A DNA stretch of 64,000 bases from a virus. The position numbers were made by a program, and so were the translations under genes. Under the pieces are notes generated by a model, which saw nothing but the letters and a program-made list of their open reading frames with translations, had not been told where the DNA came from and did not search any database. Of the stretch, positions 57,693 through 64,000 are shown piece by piece (within the stretch, counting starts at the first letter, position 1; the number at the start of each line of letters is the position of its first letter). Location of the stretch: the IMG/VR virus record IMGVR_UViG_2718217965_000001, one strand, 5' to 3'.

Positions 57693-58948
57693 TGGCCACT
57701 CAATGGGAAGACCTCCGCGATGCCTCATTCCGGGGTGTCCCGTTCTTTTTTCGCGACGTCGAGGGTGCTGGCGGGCGCCGTGCAATCCCTCACGCCTACC
57801 CCAAAAAAGAGGTTGGCTGGACGGAAGACCACGGTGCGGTGCTGACTCAACAGCAGATTAACGCGATCCTGCTCGGCAGTGACTACATCGACCAGATGAA
57901 CCGCCTGCTGGCCGCGCTCAATACTGCCGGTCCCGGTGAACTGGTGCATCCGTGGTTCGGCGTTCAGAAGGTTCAGGTGGGCCGCGTTACACACCGTCTA
58001 TCCACAGAAGAAGGCGGCATTGCCTACATTTCCTTTGAGGTGTACGAGGCTGGCGAGCAGTTGTTCCCTTCCGGCACCGAAGACACCAGCGCCACCACGC
58101 TCAGCGCGGCGGACAAGGTCAAGGAAGCGCTGGCCAGCGGTGATTATTTTGCGGCACTCGATGGCGTCGGTAGCATGGTGGACACCCTGCTTGAGGACAT
58201 GGAGGGCTTTGTCACCAGCCTGCCGACCCTGCCATCAGCACTCAGCGAGTGGATGGACCGCCTCAACCGGTTCAAGGACCTCGCCGGTATTGTGGCCGCC
58301 GCGCCAGGTGAAATGATCCGCGATATCACCGGGCTCATCAGCGATATGAAAGACTTGGTCTCTGAGCCGCCGTTCGCCCTGCGGGTCTATGACCAGTTGC
58401 GCGACAAATGGGAAGGTGACCGGGCAGCACAGTCCGCTACCAAATCTTTGGTCGATAACATCAGCGTGAACACCGATACCGGCTTTGCCAGCAGCGTCAC
58501 ACCGGCATCGACGCCGGAGACAACTGCAGCGATGGAGACCAATATCGAAGACTTCCGGCGTCTGGTCATCATTTCCACGCTGGTCGCTCAGGCTGAAGCG
58601 GTGGCCACAGCAACCTTCGAGACCGGTCAGGATGCGCAGAATACCGGCGACCAGCTGGCGGAACGTCTCGGCAAGACTGCAGCGGAAGCCGTCGAAAGCG
58701 GTCTGCGCGAGCTGTGGCGATCCCTTCGTGAGCTGCGGTTCGCGGTGGTGAATGATGTGCGTATCCGCAGCATCCAGTTGCCGGAGCTGCGCCGCGTCAC
58801 ACCAGCCCGGACAGTGCCGGTGATGCTGCTGGCCTACCGCGAGACCGGCGAAGCGGAGAGCCGGGATGAGCTGGTGACCCGCAACCGGCTGCGCTATCCC
58901 TCCTTTATTACGCCTTCACAGACGATTGAGATCATCAGCAATGACTGA
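57692..58948 (+). CDS. DNA circularisation protein (Mu N-like)
   Basis: L.DASFRGVPF; G.LVHPWFG. Confidence 0.93.
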   Translation: MATQWEDLRDASFRGVPFFFRDVEGAGGRRAIPHAYPKKEVGWTEDHGAVLTQQQINAILLGSDYIDQMNRLLAALNTAGPGELVHPWFGVQKVQVGRVTHRLSTEEGGIAYISFEVYEAGEQLFPSGTEDTSATTLSAADKVKEALASGDYFAALDGVGSMVDTLLEDMEGFVTSLPTLPSALSEWMDRLNRFKDLAGIVAAAPGEMIRDITGLISDMKDLVSEPPFALRVYDQLRDKWEGDRAAQSATKSLVDNISVNTDTGFASSVTPASTPETTAAMETNIEDFRRLVIISTLVAQAEAVATATFETGQDAQNTGDQLAERLGKTAAEAVESGLRELWRSLRELRFAVVNDVRIRSIQLPELRRVTPARTVPVMLLAYRETGEAESRDELVTRNRLRYPSFITPSQTIEIISND

Positions 58949-60032
58949 AGAGTTAACCCTGAACGTTGACGGCAAGGTCTGGGGCGGCTGGACGGACATG
59001 ACCATTAACCGCTCGCTGGAGTCTGTGGCGGGCGAGTTCGACCTGACCGTCACCGCCCAATGGTCATCTGCCGCGCCGCGCTCCATCAAACCCGGCCAGT
59101 CCTGCACGGTCTCCATCGGCAGCGACCGCGTCATGACCGGCTATATCGACGATTTTATTCCCAGCTATGACTCGGAGAATGTCTCCCTGCGCGTCATGGG
59201 TCGCGACAAGACCGGTGACCTTGTGGACAGCTCGGTGGTCGATAAGTCCGGCCAGTGGAAAGGTCAGAAACTGGAACAGCTTGCGGCCACCATCTGCAAG
59301 CCCTACGGCATCGAGGTGGTTAATGAGACCGACACCGGCGACGCCTTTGGCAGCATCACCCTCGAACAGGGTGAAACCGGCTTTGAACTGCTCGACCGTC
59401 TGGCCAAACAACGCGGCGTTCTCGTGACTTCTGACGCTTACGGTCGGCTGGTTATCACCCGCGCCTCCACCCAACGAGCCGGGGTGGCACTCACTCTCGG
59501 CGACAATATTCTGGCTGCACGTGGACGCTTCAGCTGGCGCGAACGGGCCAGTCAGTACATCGTCAAGGGCTCCGCCAGCGCGGGCGGCGTAACGTGGGAC
59601 GACCAGCCGGTGAAAATGGTCGGCGGCCGCCAGACGGTGGTCAGCGACCCGGAAATAACCCGCTATCGTCCGAAGATTCTGGTCAATGAAGACAGCCTGA
59701 CGGTCGGGGGTGCCAGCGCCCGTGGTGAGTGGCATAAGGCGTATGTGCTGGGCGAATCCAACACCACTGAAATCACCGTGGCAGGCTGGCGGGAGAATGG
59801 CATCAGCGGCCCGCTGTGGCAGACCAACCGACTGGTGAAGGTGACCGACGCTATTCAGCAGCTTGATGTTACCTGGCTGATTAAAGCTGTTTTATTTATG
59901 GAAGGTGACCGTGGTCGTCTGACGGTGCTGACGCTGGCCCCGCCTGAATCGCTGGACATGCCGTCCCAGAAGGCTAAAGCGAAAGGGAAAAAAGCGAAGT
60001 CGAAAACGACCGTGGGGGCAACATGGGACTGA
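58941..60032 (+). CDS. Baseplate hub (Mu P/gp44-like)
   Basis: GW....I.RS; TGYID; GRDKTGDLVD. Confidence 0.92.
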   Translation: MTEELTLNVDGKVWGGWTDMTINRSLESVAGEFDLTVTAQWSSAAPRSIKPGQSCTVSIGSDRVMTGYIDDFIPSYDSENVSLRVMGRDKTGDLVDSSVVDKSGQWKGQKLEQLAATICKPYGIEVVNETDTGDAFGSITLEQGETGFELLDRLAKQRGVLVTSDAYGRLVITRASTQRAGVALTLGDNILAARGRFSWRERASQYIVKGSASAGGVTWDDQPVKMVGGRQTVVSDPEITRYRPKILVNEDSLTVGGASARGEWHKAYVLGESNTTEITVAGWRENGISGPLWQTNRLVKVTDAIQQLDVTWLIKAVLFMEGDRGRLTVLTLAPPESLDMPSQKAKAKGKKAKSKTTVGATWD

Positions 60033-60562
60033 AAGACGCTAATATCGGACGTTCATTTGCCGAGCTTGGCCGACGCCTGCGCCTGATGGTGGACCGGGCG
60101 CTGGTCCGTATCGTGACGGACAGCCTCGGTCGCCAGAACCTGCAGGTGCAGTCGCTGGCCGATGAGACCAATGACGACGTCGAGCGCTTCCAGAATTACG
60201 GATTTTCCAGCGTCCCGCCTGCGGGCTCCGAGGCGATTGTTGTTGCTGTCGGTGGCCGTCGCGGCGGCATGGTGGCCATCGCTGTCGAGGATAAAGGGAG
60301 TCGCCCCCGTGGCGGCGAAGAAGGCGACGTTGTTATTTATCATCAGGAAGGCCATATTATTCGCCTGAAAAAGAATGGCGTCATTGAAATAACAGGGAAG
60401 ACGGTAAATGTGGTTGCCGAAGAGAGCTGTGACATTATCGGTAAACAGATAAATATCACCGGCCCCACTTCTTTCAGTGAAGATATTCAGGTTAAGGGGA
60501 AAAGTTTCCTTGACCATATTCATAAGGATGGTGACGGTGAAAACACGACTAAACCCTTATGA
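60023..60562 (+). CDS. Baseplate spike (Mu gp45-like)
   Basis: VERFQ.YGFSS.P; C-terminal HIH. Confidence 0.92.
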   Translation: MGLKDANIGRSFAELGRRLRLMVDRALVRIVTDSLGRQNLQVQSLADETNDDVERFQNYGFSSVPPAGSEAIVVAVGGRRGGMVAIAVEDKGSRPRGGEEGDVVIYHQEGHIIRLKKNGVIEITGKTVNVVAEESCDIIGKQINITGPTSFSEDIQVKGKSFLDHIHKDGDGENTTKPL

Positions 60563-61011
60563 CCATCAGAATAAACTGGCACCTGCCCGCTGGCGGCGAT
60601 ATCGAGATTGAACACAATGGCCTTTCGTTTGACGAGGGCCTTGTTTCTTTGGTGTATATCTGCCTGTTTACTGATGCGCGGGCAGATACCAGCGACGAAA
60701 TACCCGACGGCACCGATGACCGTCGCGGCTGGTGCGGTAATTCCTTCAGCGATTTCGAATGGGGCTCAAAGCTCTGGCTGATTGACCGTGAAAAGCTGAC
60801 CGAAGAGGTCAGGCTCCGCGCGGAGAATTACGCCCGTCTGGCCATGCAGCCGTTATTGCGTTACGGCTATGCGCGAAATGCGCAGGTCATTGCCACTATT
60901 CCCCGTATTAACTGGCTGGCTTTAACCATTATTCTCACCCGCCCGGATAAAACCGAGTTAACCGTCAAAATAAAGAAACGCTGGGAGGCGGTAGAAAATG
61001 GCTGCATTTAA
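60559..61011 (+). CDS. Baseplate protein (Mu gp46-like)
   Basis: LFTD.RA; RRGW; GSKLWL..REK. Confidence 0.92.
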   Translation: MTIRINWHLPAGGDIEIEHNGLSFDEGLVSLVYICLFTDARADTSDEIPDGTDDRRGWCGNSFSDFEWGSKLWLIDREKLTEEVRLRAENYARLAMQPLLRYGYARNAQVIATIPRINWLALTIILTRPDKTELTVKIKKRWEAVENGCI

Positions 61012-62074
61012 TGTCCCGACGCTCCGCCAGCTCATTCGTGCCGGCATTCAGGATTTAGAGATTGAACTCGACCAGGAATTACCGATTGTCGGCGTTGAAC
61101 GCGCGTTAAATACCGCTTTCAGCGGCGCTTTACGTGACGTCTACGATTATCAGACGTGGATTAAAAACCAGATTATCCCGTCAGAGCAGTCCGCCGATGA
61201 AACCATTATTGATACCGCCCGCTATGAGGGCGTGATACGTAAGGCTGCATCCTATGCCAGCGGACCGGTCGCCTTCACCGGCACCCGACCGCTGCCGCTC
61301 GATACGGAGATGCAGACGCAGGACGGCGTACGCTTCCACGTCACCGCCACCAGTGACCCGTCAGCGGGTAAAATCACCGTCACCGTGCAGGCCGACGAGA
61401 CGGGCCTCAGCGGTAACCTGAAAGCAGGTGACGTTCTGACCCTTATTTCCCCGGTGGCCGGGGTGAACAGCGACGGCGTGGTGGCGGATGCCGGGATTTC
61501 CGGCGGCGCGGACGTCGAGTCCGTGGAAGAGCTGCTGACCCGCCTGCTGTACCGCAAACGTAACCCGCCAACCGGCGGCGCGCTGCATGATTACGTTATC
61601 TGGGCCACCGAACTGCCGGGCATTAGCCGGGCATGGGCCTTTGACTGCTGGCACGGGCTGGGAACGGTGGGCCTTGCGTGGGTCTATGACCAGCGCACTG
61701 ACATTATCCCGTCCGGCACCGACCGTGAAGCCATGCAGCAATACCTGTTCCGCCATCAGGACCCTGCGACCGGGACTTACGTCGGCAAGCCCGGCGGTAT
61801 CGAGGTCTGGCCCATCCCGCTGACGCTCAAGCCGGTGCCGCTGACCATCCGCATCATTCCCGATACTGCTGCCATCCGTTCTGCAGTCACTCTGAGCCTG
61901 CAGGCGCTGTTCCGCTCGGTCTCACCGGGCGACACGCTGCTGCTCTCTGCCATCCGAACGGCCATCGGCTCATCGACAGGTGTCACCGACTACGAGCTGG
62001 ACCTCACCACCAATCAGGCCAGCGAGAACTATGAGCTGCTGACGCTGGGAGCAATCATATGGCGCATCGTCTAG
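60998..62074 (+). CDS. Baseplate wedge J-like (Mu gp47)
   Basis: GG.D.ES; GG...DY..WA; G.GTV. Confidence 0.93.
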   Translation: MAAFNVPTLRQLIRAGIQDLEIELDQELPIVGVERALNTAFSGALRDVYDYQTWIKNQIIPSEQSADETIIDTARYEGVIRKAASYASGPVAFTGTRPLPLDTEMQTQDGVRFHVTATSDPSAGKITVTVQADETGLSGNLKAGDVLTLISPVAGVNSDGVVADAGISGGADVESVEELLTRLLYRKRNPPTGGALHDYVIWATELPGISRAWAFDCWHGLGTVGLAWVYDQRTDIIPSGTDREAMQQYLFRHQDPATGTYVGKPGGIEVWPIPLTLKPVPLTIRIIPDTAAIRSAVTLSLQALFRSVSPGDTLLLSAIRTAIGSSTGVTDYELDLTTNQASENYELLTLGAIIWRIV

Positions 62075-62643
62075 AGGACTGGCAGGACGTCCTGCAGCAG
62101 CTGATGCCGCGCGGTAAAGCGTGGCCACGCGACCAGACGGCAGCGCTGACGTCACTGCTCCGGGGCTTCAGTTCCCGCCTGCAGCTGGCGGAGGCAAACG
62201 CGGATTTGCTGGTCACCGAGATGCGCCCGGAGACTACTGAGCTGCTGCTGGCCGACTGGGAGGACTATCTCGGTCTGCCTGACTGTAACGCCATCCCGGA
62301 CGGCTTCAACCGCCGCCGTGACGCCGTAGTGGAGAAGTATCACCGCAAGGGCGGGCTGGCCACCTGGCAGATTGAGCAGGCCGTGCAGGATGCGCTGGGC
62401 TTCACCATTCAGGTGACCGAAATCCTGCCGCATCACGTCATGCGCGACATCATGTATCCGATTTATTCACACAAATACCGCTACCTGCTGCAGGTGACGG
62501 TCACGGATATGCCGATGATCCGCTTTCGCAGTATCAGCAACGTCCTGACGCCGTTAATCAGTTTACAGGCGCAGATACTGGAATGTTTTTTACGTCGTTA
62601 CCGGCTCGCTGGCCACGATTATGATTTTCTTTACGAGGTTTAA
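62059..62643 (+). CDS. Baseplate wedge (Mu gp48/YmfQ-like)
   Basis: L.P.G.AW; LL.DWE..LGLP. Confidence 0.9.
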   Translation: MAHRLEDWQDVLQQLMPRGKAWPRDQTAALTSLLRGFSSRLQLAEANADLLVTEMRPETTELLLADWEDYLGLPDCNAIPDGFNRRRDAVVEKYHRKGGLATWQIEQAVQDALGFTIQVTEILPHHVMRDIMYPIYSHKYRYLLQVTVTDMPMIRFRSISNVLTPLISLQAQILECFLRRYRLAGHDYDFLYEV

Positions 62644-62645
62644 TT

Positions 62646-63458
62646 ATGTATCACCTGGATAATGCCTCTTCCGTTCCTGATATGCCCGCCATCAAGCCGG
62701 TATTATTTACCGAGCGCCGCTGGTTTACCGAAGGCGGCGACGGTATTCAGCCGAGTTATCCGGGCGCGGACTGGTTTAATACTATTCAGTCGGAAATGCT
62801 GAACGTGCTGGCGCTGGCAAATATCACGCCGGATAAAACGCAGCTGGATCAGTTTGCGCAGGCCATCCGTATTTTCTCCTCGGACTATATGCTGCCGCCG
62901 GGTATTCCGTTTGCATGGCCGGGCGCGACAGCGCCGAACGGCTTTATGCTGATGCTGGGGCAGAGCTTCGATAAAACTGCCTATCCGCGCCTTGCCGTGG
63001 CGTATCCCTCCGGCGTTCTGCCAGACATGCGCGGTCAGACTATTAAGTTTTTACCCGCCTCCGGGCGGGCGCTGCTGTCTTATGAGGCTGACGGCGTGAA
63101 AGCTCACGCACATACCGGGAGTGTGTCTTCAACCGACCTCGGCACAAAGCCCACCAGTAACTTTGATCACGGCACAAAGCCCACCAGTTCGGATAACGAG
63201 CATGACCATGATGGGGGCATGTTAGCGCCGGGGGCTGTATGGGACCCGGACTATGTCGTCGGGTCAGATAATGACTCGCATCGCACGCGGAACAAGACCA
63301 GCAAGGCAGCAGCTCACAGCCATACTGTCGATATCGGCATTCACGGCCACACTGTTTATATCGGCCCGCATGCTCATGCTGTGATTATCAACAGCACCGG
63401 TAATGCGGAAAACACCGTCAAAAATATCGCCTTTAATGCCATCGTGAGGTTAGCGTAA
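62646..63458 (+). CDS. Tail fibre with collar domain and HxH needle
   Basis: WFTEG; P.G.P..WP..T.P.G; LPD.RG; repeated HxH; KN.AFN.IVR. Confidence 0.9.
   Translation: MYHLDNASSVPDMPAIKPVLFTERRWFTEGGDGIQPSYPGADWFNTIQSEMLNVLALANITPDKTQLDQFAQAIRIFSSDYMLPPGIPFAWPGATAPNGFMLMLGQSFDKTAYPRLAVAYPSGVLPDMRGQTIKFLPASGRALLSYEADGVKAHAHTGSVSSTDLGTKPTSNFDHGTKPTSSDNEHDHDGGMLAPGAVWDPDYVVGSDNDSHRTRNKTSKAAAHSHTVDIGIHGHTVYIGPHAHAVIINSTGNAENTVKNIAFNAIVRLA
63141..63188 (+). repeat. 18-bp direct repeat within the tail fibre gene
   Basis: GGCACAAAGCCCACCAGT at 63141 and 63171 (30-bp period, GTKPTS). Confidence 0.8.
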
Positions 63459-64000
63459 TGTCATTTCAATTCTCTCAAAGCCCGCAGGCCATCTGGCTTT
63501 ATCAGTACGATGCCGATGGTGTTTATATTGGCTCCGTCTTTATGACGATCCCGGCAGGCACCGGTTTACCCGTTAATACCACACATATTCCCTGCGAACC
63601 GGATAAAGGCCAGACCGGGATATTTAAAAATGGTGACTGGGAATATGTAGAAGATATTCGCGGGACCCGTTACTGGAATATTCACGGCACAGGCTTTGTT
63701 ATTTCATCCCTGAGTGAATCCCTGCCGGAATGGGCCATCACCACTGAACCACCGGTTGCCGATGCCGGTTACGTATTACTGTTCACTGATGGCCAGTGGA
63801 CGCAGGTCGAAGATAAGACCGGTCAGATTTACTACGAGAGTGACGGCACAAAACATACCGTCTCTGACGCGTGGTTTACGTTGCCGGAGGGCTGCACGTT
63901 CGTGACCCCACCAGAGGACAAAACGACGTTCGTCACCCGCTGGAGTGGGACTGAGTGGGTTTATGTCAAGGATCTGCGCGGTCAGGTTATCTGGAACACC
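63458..64000 (+). CDS. Tail fibre assembly protein, multi-module (partial)
   Basis: TAATG overlap; IPAGTGLP..TT; W..VED.RG-like module three times; open to the window end. Confidence 0.8.
   Translation, partial: MSFQFSQSPQAIWLYQYDADGVYIGSVFMTIPAGTGLPVNTTHIPCEPDKGQTGIFKNGDWEYVEDIRGTRYWNIHGTGFVISSLSESLPEWAITTEPPVADAGYVLLFTDGQWTQVEDKTGQIYYESDGTKHTVSDAWFTLPEGCTFVTPPEDKTTFVTRWSGTEWVYVKDLRGQVIWNT

Noticed and set aside
63141..63188. Tail-fibre repeat as a DGR template/variable repeat
   Set aside because: Short in-frame tandem duplication, no adenine-specific variation and no reverse transcriptase.

Overview
The window holds three nested mobile elements and no host housekeeping genes; the gene content suggests an enterobacterial, probably Klebsiella-like, host (inference). 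(1) Bases 1-32434 are a lambdoid, cos-type siphovirus prophage. It carries an e14-type integrase and excisionase, a leftward early operon, cI/cro/cII, an initiator with an internal iteron origin, a nin-like region with accessory cassettes and two DNA methyltransferases. It also has Q, a tRNA-Gly, a pinholin/SAR-endolysin/spanin cassette with an HNH-AP2 endonuclease, HK97-type head genes and non-contractile tail genes. (2) At 32435 the tail-tip (J-like) gene is cut after 45 codons by the TG left end of a Mu-like prophage that runs past the window end. Its early, lysis, head and contractile-tail genes look intact, but its transposase has one in-frame amber stop. (3) A 1195-bp IS5 with a CTAA target duplication interrupts an exported-protein gene inside the Mu-like phage. 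The best candidates for new biology are a terminator-flanked TPR + HEPN two-gene cassette, a CI lacking its autocleavage serine next to a LexA box and a convergent small ORF, two copies of an RBS-sequestering leader, a structured RNA closed by a perfect 21-bp inverted repeat, and a transposase-dead Mu-like phage inside a replication-proficient lambdoid prophage. All family assignments come from motif recognition by eye; no database search was run.
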